Part shown: in pieces, positions 12,151-25,315 of the stretch
Position numbering within the stretch: the stretch's first letter is position 1
Layout: every line of letters starts with the position of its first letter
DNA from: Octopus sinensis
Lineage: Eukaryota
Direction of reading: 5' to 3'
Length of the DNA: 64,000 bases
Assembly: GCF_006345805.1 (NCBI RefSeq)
Contig: NC_043004.1
Coordinates: 58,218,001-58,282,000, forward strand
Notes under the pieces: generated by a model
What the model saw: only the letters and a program-made list of their open reading frames with translations
Told to the model about the DNA's origin: nothing
Database searches by the model: none
Made by a program: the position numbers and the translations under genes

Positions 12151-12691
12151 TTATTATTATTATCTATTATTATTATCTATTATTATTATTATTAACGTTG
12201 TGAAAAAATAATTGGCCGCGACAATTAGAACGAACAGAGAAAGCCCAACGTCCGCAATTCATACACACAGCGGACTTTCTCTTCCAATGCATATATAGCT
12301 CTTCCCTTTCCCTTTTTATTACATCACGGATGATGAAGCTTCTTCAGCTATACAGAATTAGGCTTGTATCCATCTCTATGTCTGATTGCGCAAGTTTCGC
12401 ATGTGCGTTAATTTTAAGATAAAGCAGGCCAAAGTTTCTTGAGCAAAGTAACGATAATGATAAAAAATAACTAAACAAATAAAGAGGGGTGGAATAATTT
12501 CTTCGAATTGATAAACAAAACTGAACTGTCGTAGATATATATGCCTGTTATAATTTAACTGTTGAACGAATAAAATATATTTTGTCATGTCTGTGAACGT
12601 ATATAATTATGTTTGTTGTGGATCGGTTCAAACGATTTAGTCTAAGACGTATATGTGTATGCTACAGTTGTGCTACACACACACAATATAT

Positions 12692-12748
<57 letters not shown>

Positions 12749-12863
12749 CATACGCACGCACATGCATACATACGCACACAATGTGTACGTGTGGTGGATA
12801 TATTGTGTATAATCCATTTGTATAGAATGATTTTTGTGGAGTATCTACGAATGCTACGTCTAT

Positions 12864-12907
<44 letters not shown>

Positions 12908-13336
12908 CTTACAATATTTCAGAAATATATATCCACCTACAATTTTTTTTTTTTCTTCTTAAAGAATTGTTTTGCGTTACACGTTGATGTTCTTCACAAA
13001 CATACAAATTATATTATATAGAAACGTATTCAAACCTTTAGAAACGTTTCAACCCCACAGAGAAATGCGTATATAGATACAAAAAAGTACAGATAGATAG
13101 ATAGATATAACAGCAAGAGAGAAAGGCAGAGAGAAGGAGTGATCGAAAGAAAGTGTACGCAATGAGAGGTTTAAAGAAGTTACCTGTCTTAGGAACTTAC
13201 CGCCTGTTTCTCTTTCTCTCTTTTCATTTCATCTACGAGAAAAATTTCTCCCTTTTTTTTTTTTTTTTTTTCAACAAAGAATTGCAGCTAACTTATTCAA
13301 CGATTAGGAAGGTAAATCGGGAAAGGATTATTGCGC

Positions 13337-13388
<52 letters not shown>

Positions 13389-13431
13389 ATATATAACAAA
13401 GTGGAGTTGTGGGGTACCGCACGAGTGGAAT

Positions 13432-13517
13432 TATATACGAAAGAAGATTTGAAAATGCAATTTAAAAGATGTTTAAACATCTTTTAAATTGCATTTTCAA
13501 ATCTTCTTTCGTATATA
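13432..13517. repeat. Perfect 86-bp palindrome (43-bp arms, no spacer)
   Basis: Left arm TATATACGAAAGAAGATTTGAAAATGCAATTTAAAAGATGTTT is the exact reverse complement of 13475-13517. Confidence 0.97.
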
Positions 13518-13519
13518 TA

Positions 13520-13768
13520 TATATTATATATATATATATATATATGTGCGTGTGTGTGATGGGGGACTACATATAATATATATATATGCGTGTGTGTGAT
13601 GGGGGACTATATATTATATATATATATATTATATATATAATATATATATATATATGCGTGTGTGTGATGGGGGACTATATATATAATATATATATATATG
13701 CGTGTGTGTGATGGGGGACTATATATATAATATATATATATGCGTGTGTGTGATGGGGGACTATATAT

Positions 13769-13845
<77 letters not shown>
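13520..13845. repeat. Five copies of GCGTGTGTGTGATGGGGGACT separated by variable (TA)n
   Basis: Motif at about 13548, 13588, 13656, 13700 and 13742. Confidence 0.93.
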
Positions 13846-14729
13846 GTGTAATATAGCTGAACGGTTAAGAAGTTTACTTCGCAGTCGTGTTTCACGCCAC
13901 GTACGTTCAATTCCTTTGTCTTCTGCCAAGCATCTTCGACAATAGCTTCGCGTCGATACACTAATACAAGCCTGTGAGTGAATCTGAGTAGACGCAAAAC
14001 TGTGTGGACGTCCGCTGAATGGACTCTTACCTGGAATTCTAAAATGTTCACCCTTGCTTGTCACACACATACACACACACTCACACAGCTATGCTGGTTT
14101 CTATCCGAAGAATACGCCAAGGAGGGTGATAGTGTCTGTGGAATAACCAGTCATATTTTGTTATTCAATGAGTAGGTAGGACGTTGATAAACAACAACAC
14201 TCGTCGACGCCGATGAGATCCATTCACTCGGACACATATTTATTCGAATTCATTACCTGTATTTGCTTTCTCTGAAAAACTTGTCACAAGTCAACCCTAA
14301 AAGAAAACAAACCTGTAATTAAAGCCATTCTGGTCGTGAGACCACAACTGTCTTTTTTTAAGTGTATCTAGGATTGCATTGCTTTTATATATATATATAC
14401 ATATATATAATGTTATTTACTTAACTGAGATGTTATGGCGTGATTTGAGTAATATTTATTTCCTTTTTCTAGTCGGCCTATTAGCCACGTACAAGATAAT
14501 CTGAGTGAGGCTTATGTGTGAGGGTGCGTATGTGTGCGTGTGCACGCGTGCATATGTGAGACAGTGAGAGGGAAAGAGCAAAAGAAAGAGAGATGAAAAT
14601 AACAAGCAGCGTATTATTACTTTTATATACCCGCGCATGTATGTATATTTGTAGGCGTTTTATATCCGTTGCTGAATAAAACTTCGAATTCCTCAAGGCG
14701 TATATATATATATATATAAATATTATATA

Positions 14730-14862
14730 TTTCTTTACTACCCACAAGGGGCTAAACACAGAGGGGACAAACAAGGACAGACAAAGGGATTAAGTCGACT
14801 ACATCGACCCCAGTGCGTAACTGGTACTTAATTTATCGACCCCGAGAGGATGAAAGGCAAAG
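14730..14862 (-). mobile_element. SINE family B, 3' fragment
   Basis: Matches the 3' part of the 10557 copy (TTTCTTTACTACCCACAAGGGGCTAAACACAGAG...). Confidence 0.85.
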
Positions 14863-15224
14863 ACGACAACTATTATAGCCACGTTAGGGGCTGCTTAGTG
14901 ACAAAAAGAAAAAAAGGGTGGATTAAAAATAATAATAAACTTGGAATGAAACGGAAACAGAAAAATAATGATAATAAACCCGAAATCCATAAAACGCATG
15001 TTTAAATGATTTTTATGTACCTGTTTATGTTTACACACCGTGTGTTTGTCTGCACAGCCAAAACTGTTCACCTTCTCTCTACGCCATATGATTGTCAAAC
15101 GATACGCGCACATACAGTGGCTGCTATGAACTACATCAATAATTAACTTAGCCACTCACTTCAACGAGAAGCTGTTTGCTGCATCTTCACCTCTTCCTTC
15201 CACTTTCACTCCTTCCCCCTTCTC

Positions 15225-15409
15225 TATAGCTATCTATCTATTTATTTATCTATCATTCTATCTCTTTCTCGCTATCTCATTCTACCTCTCTATCACCATA
15301 TACACCTCTCGTTCTACTTATCTCCCTATCTATCCATCCATCTATCTATCTGTCTGTCTGTCTATCTTCCTATCTATCTATCTATCTATCCATCTATCTA
15401 TCTATCTCC

Positions 15410-15477
<68 letters not shown>

Positions 15478-15522
15478 ATATATATATATATCCTATCTAT
15501 CTATCTATCCATCCATCCATCC

Positions 15523-15586
<64 letters not shown>

Positions 15587-15670
15587 CTGCCTCTCTAACT
15601 ACCCCCATATATATACCTCTCGTTCTACTTATCTCTCTGTCTATCTATCTATCTATCTATCTATCTCACT
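15225..15670. repeat. (CTAT)n/(CCAT)n microsatellite tract
   Basis: Direct reading. Confidence 0.95.
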
Positions 15671-16889
15671 ATCTCTGCGCAAGCCTTTTCTCTTCCCGTC
15701 TCTCGTTTATTTTCTTCTTTCCTTCTTAAATTCTTCCTCCTTCATTTTTTATTTCGTGTTTGTTTGTTTTTTACAAACACGCTATTCTATCTACCTCTCT
15801 GTTCAACTTACCTCCAGATCTCACTCAAACTTTCTTTCTTTCTACTTTCTCCTGTCACGCGCGCTATTGATCTACCTATCTTTCTATTTCTACCACTTAT
15901 AATCATTTCGTATAAATACACAGACTTACTCTCTGCCCCCCCCCCCCCGCTCTCTCTCTCTCTCATTCTGCTTCCGTTTCTTCCTCTCTCCTTCAGTTAC
16001 TGTCTGTATTTCTCTCACACACTCTCAGAGAGCCTCATTTGTGTGTTAGCCATATCGTCGCATCTGTTTCTCTAAAAACATACATTCAAACATACATACA
16101 CACACAAGCATATATATATATATACATACATACACATACACACACACACACGCGCGCGCGTACAAACACACTCACAGACACACTCTCACATCAGAGGATT
16201 ATCCAGGGATTTAGCTGCTGACAACAATGGGATCACCACATTTGGATATTTTTGGAACTTAAGGGCTCGTGCCCGGGTGATATATATACGTACTTTACAT
16301 CAGTATATAATATATATATATATAATATATATATATATATATAACATATATATATATAATGTGGCATTATGGATCATAAGATCCAGGGTGGGTCTTGCTT
16401 GTGCTGACATCCCTGATGTTTCTAATAGCAACACTTGCTATTCTAGCAAACGAGTAAGTAAAAATATTTTATATCGTTCTCGTCTATATAAATATCCACA
16501 CACATACACTCATGTATACATATGCATGTGTGTATATATTATTATTAGATTATTTTCTATGCATTATTTTACCCACACCTCATTCATTTCACTCTGTAAT
16601 GTTTCACCATCTTTTTCCCCTTTTTTTGTATGTTTTGTAATTTTTTTTCTTGTGATTCATGTTATTTCTGTTGAATTCTGTTCCTCACACTTTTATGTCT
16701 TTCTCTAAAAGAAAACACAACTTTAATTTTGTTTTTAGTTTTATTTTTCTTCTAATTCATTACTGCTACCCACATCCTATCTTCGTTGTCATCCACATCT
16801 TCATCATCCTTCATAATTATTCAGTTTTCACAGAACCATATTTACTTTCTCTCTTTTCCCATATCACTATCAAGTCTATCTGTCACAAC

Positions 16890-17850
16890 CAACACAATAT
16901 CACCATCACCATCACCACCATCACTTCTCTAACCAGTTCTTCGATCCCTATCGTTGCCAACCCACATCACCACCATCACCACCACCACCACCACCACCAT
17001 CACCACGTCACCACCATTGTCATTATCAGAATCTGAGCTCCTTTAGTAATCATAATCATCGCCAACAATGTTAACCAAGTCTATACTATTACTGTCATCT
17101 GCTACCCACCACTAGAGCAACATTTTTCAAACCTCCTCACCATCATTATTAATACCATTAATACCATTATTATTATTATTATCACCATCATCATCATTAT
17201 CATCATCATTGCTGTCTGCCTCGACATTATCACCACCAAATCCAATATATCACAATTATCTTTCGTATCAGCATCGTTATCGTCAACATCAACATCCAGC
17301 TTTCTCTCTCTCTCTCTCTCTCTCATCATTGTCATATGCAATCTCTTGCGATATCTCATTTTTACCAAGTGCCTTTATTTGTATTCCCACCACTGTACTT
17401 TCAATTTATTCCAAAACACTGCAAATTCTGCAAGAGAGAGCATTTACAAAGAATGCTTGGCAGTTTCACCTGAAGTAAAACACAAATTTCACGCTTCCTG
17501 TCAGTGCATTTGAAATAAAAATCTTTTTTCTTTTTTTTTTTTTTTGATATTACAACTACTACTATTATTACTGCTACCACAACTACTTTGATAATCTAAT
17601 ATTCTTAGTAAAGTCATGAATGTCAAATCTTCCCCCTTTCTTCTCTCTCTCCGGACCAGCTTCATAGTTATGGAAAAAAGAAATCATCACCACCACCTTC
17701 ATCATCATCATCATCATCATCGATATCATCATTATTATTATCAATACTAATATATCTATATGCAAACTAAATCATTTTTATCCCCAGCATCTCACTTTAC
17801 CATCATCATCATCATCATCGACATTGTCGTCATCATCTTCATCATCACTG
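16890..17850. repeat. Dispersed (CAC/CAT/ATT)n trinucleotide low-complexity tracts
   Basis: Direct reading; these give the spurious poly-H/I/M/D ORFs. Confidence 0.85.
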
Positions 17851-20224
17851 TGTTTACAATGTCCAAGCTGCACTGGCAAAGGTGTTCTGCAGCTTCTCCG
17901 AAATCTGTTTAAAAAGTATAATAGAAAGATCCTAATACATTTACACAAATCCGCACACACACACACACACCCACACACACACACATATAAATGGCTTCAA
18001 AGCTACAGTTGTCATTAAACAACAGTAGAATCGAATTCCCTATCCTTGAAGCCTTTTGCATGTCACCATGAAGAATATTCCTCCCCAAAAGCCATTCCTC
18101 CTTATTCTTGATACTGTATACTTCAAATTCATGCTTATTGCTTAGAATACAAGATTTCGTTAAACAGACACATATATCTCCTCATCCAGAAAAATGAATT
18201 TATATAATTAACAAATTTTGTTTACACACTTACATATCTCAATTTAGTTAATTTACTAGTAAACCAATATTTCATGTGTTTTTTTTTTTTTATATTTGGT
18301 TACCGTTTTGAATACCATATTGTATGCATGCAGAACTGTTCCTTTATGTCAGAAACAAAAGCTGAATGGTCTTCATTGCCTACATCATGTCTTTCTCCCA
18401 TCCTTTGAGAGAAGTGTGCATTCTGTGATTATTCCAGTTTATTAGGTGATCGAGTATATAATAAGTATGTATGTAGAATTATATATTTGTATGAGTGTTT
18501 GTAGTTTATTGATTGTGAAAGTACTAACTTCTTTTATATTGTTGCAAGATTTGCTTTCTATGTGTGTACATCTGTGTATGTGTGTGCTTATGTATGCCTA
18601 CTTCATTCTATGTGTGTGTGTGCATGTGCCTGCTTTATTCTATGTGTGTGTATGTGTCTGTTTTATTGTATGTATTAAGATGCATGGCCTAGTGGTTAAA
18701 GTGTTGGTCTCATAATCATAATGTTGTGAGTTCGAATCCTAGACTAGACAAGGGGATACGTTATGTCTTTGAGCAAGACTCATCATTTCACATTGCTTCT
18801 GTCTACTCAGCTGAAAATGAGTACCAACTGACTGCTGCAGCAGTCTTCTCTACCTACAGCTTTCATCTCATCGATGTTTTGCTAGATAAAGAATGGGAAG
18901 GCTGAGGGCATATTTACACCTGCTTACAATTCTATAAGCACCTGAAACAATTAACAAAAACATTATACAAGCTACCAAGATCATATTTGCATGCAAGAGA
19001 CAATTAAGTGTATATGTGCATGAATGTGCATGAGAAAGAGAGATGGGGAAGGAGAGAGAATGAAAGAGAGAGACAGAGAGCAAAAATTGTTGAAGCAATA
19101 TCTAACCTAAAAGAAAAGAAATTCTCTGCTACTTCTGATAGCTTAGCAGTTTAAATAAGACAGGAGCTAAATATTCAATTTAATAAGTTTTTTGGCTTCA
19201 AGAAGGGCATCCAGCTGTTGATTATAGCCTCAGCAAATTTCTTGTAACCATGTCAGCATGGAAGAAGTGAATATAAAAACGATGGAAACAAAGGACATAA
19301 GAACGATGATTATGATGATGATAATGATGATGACATTGAGTATTTGTAGTATCACCATTTTTTGAAGAAAAAAATTTATTGTACAATCAGCAAAAAATAT
19401 CCAAATAAGTATCCAAGCAAAGCAAACAAAGTCTTGTAAAGCAAATATGAACTAGAATTAAAGGTCATATAAACAACATATGAATGAATTTTAAATCATA
19501 ATTCAATCTGATTGGAATATGACTACAACACCTGGTTCTTGGATAGTATTTTAGCAGGGTTTATTCTCTAACAAGAATACAGACAAAATCTTCGAGCAGA
19601 AGATATCTTTGTCCATTCCTACTATTCCTACCAAAAGCCATGGAGGTCAGGGAAAGGGACATGAACATTGATGGTTCTTCTTTAATGAAGCCAGGAATGA
19701 GGATATTTTCAACTACAATTGAAATATATTATTACACGTGACAGTCTTTCGTATGTTCAATACAGGTTAAGAAAAACAATTAAACATTTTAACCAAAACA
19801 GTTGGTTACCATGAGTTGCATGAATACAGGTACCTAAAATTAGAGATAAATTATTTTCCTAAGCACAGATGCACTGCCATTGGTTCTTCTGTACTTAGGA
19901 TTCAATGTCGTTGATAACAAGGTTTCATGACCAATGATGCATCGTTCAAAACTGAAGAATTTAGAATGGAGATGAATGAAAATACATGACAAAAATATGA
20001 ATAAATAAAAGGGGGGGGGGGACAGAGATGAGCAGCAACTAAATATCTTTTGATTTTGGTAGAAGGGAAAATTATTGATATATTGATTATCAATCAGGGG
20101 ATATTTCACACTAATTCATAAAAACATTTTATTTACTAAAGATACCTTCAATATATTTATGTGTGTAAACATACATATATATATATATATGTGTGTGTGT
20201 GTGTAGACATATGTATATATATAT

Positions 20225-20433
20225 CGCCATGTTGATTCGTTAGCTACTGCACGCATTTTTTTTCTCTCCTTCTTTCTGTGTTTTTCTCTCTCTGTGTATC
20301 TTTCTGTTGAAGAGCGTAGGCTCGAAACGTTAAAGACTTGTTTTATTTATATTTCCTGAGCGCCATACTAATACAATTGTTCGTTTGTTTTCCACCTGCC
20401 TTCGTCTTTTGTTTATTTTCATAAAGCTTCCCG

Positions 20434-20436
<3 letters not shown>
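20225..20436 (+). mobile_element. Penelope-type terminal fragment carrying a hammerhead-like motif
   Basis: CTGTTGAAGAGCGTAGGCTCGAAACGTT motif with stem I TCTTT/AAAGA, followed by a long TA/TG tract. PLE assignment rests on motif architecture and recollection. Confidence 0.55.
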
Positions 20437-20531
<95 letters not shown>

Positions 20532-20787
20532 ATGTATATATGTGTGTGTGTGTGTGTGTGTGTATGTATATATGTGTGTGTGTGTGTGTGTATGTATATA
20601 TGTGTGTGTGTGTGTGTGTGTATGTATATATGTGTGTGTGTGTGTGTGTATGTATATAGGTGGGTTGTGTGTGTGTGTGTATGTATATGTGTGTGTGTAT
20701 GTATATATGTGTGTGTGTATGTATATATGTATGTGTATATATCTATGTATATATATATGTGTGTATATGTATATATGTGTGGGTATG

Positions 20788-20819
<32 letters not shown>

Positions 20820-21130
20820 TATGTGTGTATATATCTGTCTAAATGTATGTATATATATATATATGTATATATGTATGTACGTGTATATATATATATATGT
20901 ATATATATGTATATATATATATGTATATATATGTATATATATATATGTATATATACGTTTATATGTATCTGTATATATATGTATATATGTATCTGTATAT
21001 GTATATATATGTATATATGTATCTGTATATGTATATATATGTATCTGTATATGTATATATGTGCGTGTATATATGTATATATATATATATAAATGTGTCA
21101 ATGTGTGTGTATGTGTGTGTATGTATATGT
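20436..21130. repeat. (TA)n/(TG)n compound microsatellite, about 700 bp
   Basis: Direct reading. Confidence 0.97.
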
Positions 21131-21279
21131 GATAAATGATTGACTTGATTCCCAATAGAGATGTTTTCTTTACTGATGAAGCTTTAAGCAAGTCAAATTC
21201 AGTGAATTTGTTATTTAAAGCATATAATCCAAGTAAATATGTACTTGTATGTTTTTGTGTGTGTGCATATGTATATATA

Positions 21280-21322
<43 letters not shown>

Positions 21323-21332
21323 GTATATATAT

Positions 21333-21845
21333 GGGACGTAGCCAGCCCACTTATGCATACCTTTCCTTCTTGTGACACAAACCCTACTTGTGAAGACCTG
21401 TTGAGGCAAGTGAAAATCAAAATGGAAATCGTTCAACATCAATGGAAATTGTAGCTGTGATACCAGTGCCGGTGGCACATAAGAGAACCATCTGCGCATG
21501 GCCTTTGCCAGCGCCACCCCGACTGGCCTCCGTACCGGTGGCACGTAAAAAGCACCATCCGATTGTGGCTGTTGCCAGCCTCGTCTAGCCCCCGTGCTGG
21601 TGGCACGTAAAAAGCTCCATCCGATCGTGGGCGTTTGCCAGCCTCGTCTAGCGCCTGTGCAGGTGACACGTAAAAAGCACCCACTACACTCATGGAGTGG
21701 TTGGCATTAGGAAGGGTATCCACCTGTAGAAACACTGCCAGATCAGACTGGGCCTGGCGCAGCCTTCTGGCTTCCCAGACCCCAGTTGAACCATTCAACC
21801 CATGCTAGCATGGAAAACGGACGTTAAACGATGATGATGATGATG
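21333..21845 (+). mobile_element. Family D: RTE-type LINE 3' UTR fragment with (TGA)n tail
   Basis: Repeated GGTGGCACGTAAAAAGCACC units, then TTAGGAAGGG(C/T)ATCC and CATGCTAGCATGG..GTTAAACGATGATGA tail. RTE link is inferred. Confidence 0.75.
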
Positions 21846-21867
21846 TATATATATATATATATATAAT

Positions 21868-22351
21868 CATCATCATCATCATCATTGTTTAACGTCTGCT
21901 TTCCATGCTAGCATGGGTTGGACGATTTGACTGAGGACTGGTGAACCAGATGGCTGTACCAGGCTCTAATCTCGATCTGGCAGAGTTTCTACTGCTGGAC
22001 GCCCTTCCTAATGCCAACCACTCCGAGTGTGTAGTGGGTGCCTTTACATGCCACTGGCACGAGTGCCAGTCAGGCAGTAATGGCAACGCCCACGCTCAAA
22101 TGGTATTTTTTACATGCCACCTGCACAGGAGCCAGACCTGCAGCACTGGCAATGACCTCACTCGAATGTATTTTCACGTGCCACCGGCACAAGTGGCAGT
22201 AGGATAATGCTGGTAACGATAACGCTCGAATGGTGCTTTTTACATGACATTGGCACGGAAGGCAGTTAACTGCTCTGGCAATGATCACGCTCTGGTGGTG
22301 CTCTTAGCGCTCCCCTAGCACAGATGCCAGTCATCAAATTTGATTTCGATT
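21868..22351 (-). mobile_element. Family D copy, tail-to-tail with the previous one
   Basis: Reverse complement of the same tail and internal units. Confidence 0.8.
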
Positions 22352-22357
22352 TATATA

Positions 22358-22402
<45 letters not shown>

Positions 22403-22699
22403 TTAAAATTTTTATGTGTAAATAGATAAATAAAAATGTATGTATATATAGATGTAGATGTATACGTATTTGATTTTTTTGTCTTTTAAGTGTCCATGCT
22501 CACTTGAATCAGAAAGAGTTTCTTCTGACTGATTTACTATGGGTCTCTAGCTTTCCTATTGCCAATCTTCACTTGCTTCAGTCCAAAGTTGTACCTCCTC
22601 ATATCTAGATATAGTCTTACAAAAACTGGAAACAGGAGACCATTTCTCTTGATAGTAACACATGCTTATGAGCACCAAGCTATGCCAAGACAAGGAAAC

Positions 22700-23010
22700 A
22701 CATACACAAAAATACATACATACATACATACATATGTACATACATATGTATGTATGTACGTACATACATACATATGTATGTATGTATGTACATGTCTACA
22801 TATGTACATCTGTATGCATGTACATACAAACATATGTATGTACGTAAATGCGTATGTACACATGTATCTAGGTATATAAGTACGTATGTACATACATATG
22901 TACATATGTTCATACATATGTATGCATATACATATATATGTGCATGTACATACATCTGTATGTGTATAAGCTATATATGTGCATGTACTTATATCTGTAT
23001 GTGTATAACC
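22700..23010. repeat. (TACA/TATG)n microsatellite
   Basis: Direct reading. Confidence 0.9.
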
Positions 23011-23579
23011 AACATATATAAGAAAAATGTTCTTAGAGAAATAAGTCTGGCCAATGGCTTTGAACGAAAATGACAAAATTATATTAAATAATTTACAAGA
23101 TAAATTATTGATTTATTGAAATTTTTTGCTTTATGAGGCAGTAAATAAATTCCTGGAGGCAACTGTGATCAGATCTTATCCAGCTCCATCACTCATTCCC
23201 ACCCTCTCTTCAAAGTTGTAAGTTGTCAGATAGCTCCTTTACAGCAAGGAACCTGTTCTGCTCTGGCATCATCTCTCATTCTTTAATTCCTTATCTCCTA
23301 GAGTAAAGCTCTACCCTCGAGGCCTTGAGGTCTGTAGTCTTCCACATTGAAATGTGACTTCAGTAATAATGCTAGTGGCATGACAACAGCATGCAGTACA
23401 TGCTGTAAAGTAGTTGATGTGAGGAAGAGCATCCAGTTATAGAAACTGTGCCAACATGCCAAAGACGACACTAGAGCAGGATGCACTTCTATGCACTTCT
23501 TGAACTGGTTGGATCCTATCAAAATGTAAAAAGCCTTCCCACTATCGAACTTGGACATAATAATGAGGATGAATATATA

Positions 23580-23610
<31 letters not shown>

Positions 23611-23639
23611 TGTATATATATATATATATATGTTTGTTC

Positions 23640-23684
<45 letters not shown>

Positions 23685-24041
23685 GAGAGAGATGGATATA
23701 TATAAATGAACATATGTGTAGCTCATGGTTGGACTGCTTGAAGCTTACACACTTAGATCCTTTGATCTTTCAATTACATATCAATAAAAATGAAAATATA
23801 TATATACTCTAAAATTAATGTGATATATATATATATATATATGATTATATATGTACATATATATGTATGTATATGTAAATATAAGTATATATATGCTTCC
23901 TGATGATTTCTTTTGAATGAAACAGTTCTAGTCCTGTAGAAGCTCCTTCTATAAAATAAATTAATTTACTCTGCTATGTATTGAGTACCTTATTGACTGT
24001 GGTTAACCCCGACTCAACCCGGGACCTATATATATAATATA

Positions 24042-24103
<62 letters not shown>

Positions 24104-24122
24104 TATGTATGCATATGTATAC

Positions 24123-24262
24123 GTGGCTGTGTGGTAAGTAGCTTGCTTACCAACCACATGTTTGTCAGGTTCAGTCACACTGTGTGGCATCTTGGGCATG
24201 TGTCTTCAACTATAGCGTTGGGCTGACCCAAAAGCATTGTGAGTAGATTAAGTAGACGGAAA

Positions 24263-24264
<2 letters not shown>
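24123..24264 (+). mobile_element. SINE family A, 5' half running into the gap
   Basis: Head and CORE-like box, then (TA)n(TG)n. Confidence 0.85.
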
Positions 24265-24304
<40 letters not shown>

Positions 24305-24311
24305 AGTGTGT

Positions 24312-24411
24312 NNNNNNNNNNNNNNNNNNNNNNNNNNNNNNNNNNNNNNNNNNNNNNNNNNNNNNNNNNNNNNNNNNNNNNNNNNNNNNNNNNNNNNNNN
24401 NNNNNNNNNNN
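24312..24411. other. Assembly gap (100 N)
   Basis: Run of N. Confidence 1.
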
Positions 24412-25091
24412 ATACCTATACACACGTGTCTGTGTATATATATTTATATATATATATATATATATAATATATATATACACATTTATATGTGCATACACAC
24501 GTACACCTATACACACGTGTCTGTGTATATATATTTATATATATATATATATATATATACACATTTATATGTGCATACACACCCATACATAATAATGCTT
24601 TTTGTTTAAGCTCTCTGAACATTTCTTTGTGGTTTCAAATTTGCTTGTCTCTTCCAAAATGTGTGAGACTGTTTGGAGGTGCTAAATGTATTCTGTTTTC
24701 TAATCAACATCAACATCCTAGAAAAGAAGAATTTTTCCCCAATTCATAGGTTACTAATGATGCTGCATTTAGCATCCTCATACATAACCTATTTAATATA
24801 CCCCTGGCTGTCTAAATAGCATCCAACTACAGAGTGTGGAATCCTATTAAATAAAGATCATCTCTTACGTTCATGAAAGCTAATAAAAGTGTAATCCTCC
24901 TTGATACTAAATACTCACATAGCGAACCCCACATAGCTATCTATCCACTCAATTATCTTATTGTAACTTTGATATAATTACTTTTGCTACATTCAATGAT
25001 TTAATTTCACATCATTGTAATTAACATTGATTAGTGTAACTTTGCCTTTGTACCATTTCACAAAGGGGTTGATATTCCAATGTTTCTGTCA

Positions 25092-25248
25092 GTGGCTGTG
25101 TGGTAAGTAGCTTGCTAACCAACCACATGGTTCCGGGTTCAGTCCCACTGTGTGGCATCTTGGGCAAGTGTCTTCTGCTATAGCCCCGGGCTGACCAATG
25201 CCTTGTGAGTGGATTTGGTAGACGGAAACTGAAAGAAGCCCGTCGTAT

Positions 25249-25315
<67 letters not shown>

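Noticed and set aside
18868-19098. Exons after strong minus-strand acceptors at about 18950, 17470 and 24720
   Set aside because: All frames hit stops quickly. Such acceptors are common in AT-rich DNA and cannot be supported without RNA data.
21175-21205. CTGATGAAGCTTTAAGC hammerhead-like start
   Set aside because: No GAAA follows stem II and there is no stem I complement.
20343-21350. 335-aa ORF and similar IY/HT/CV-rich ORFs (also 12.6, 22.7, 24.2, 32.0 and 49.3 kb)
   Set aside because: Translations of (TA)n, (TG)n and (TACA)n microsatellites.
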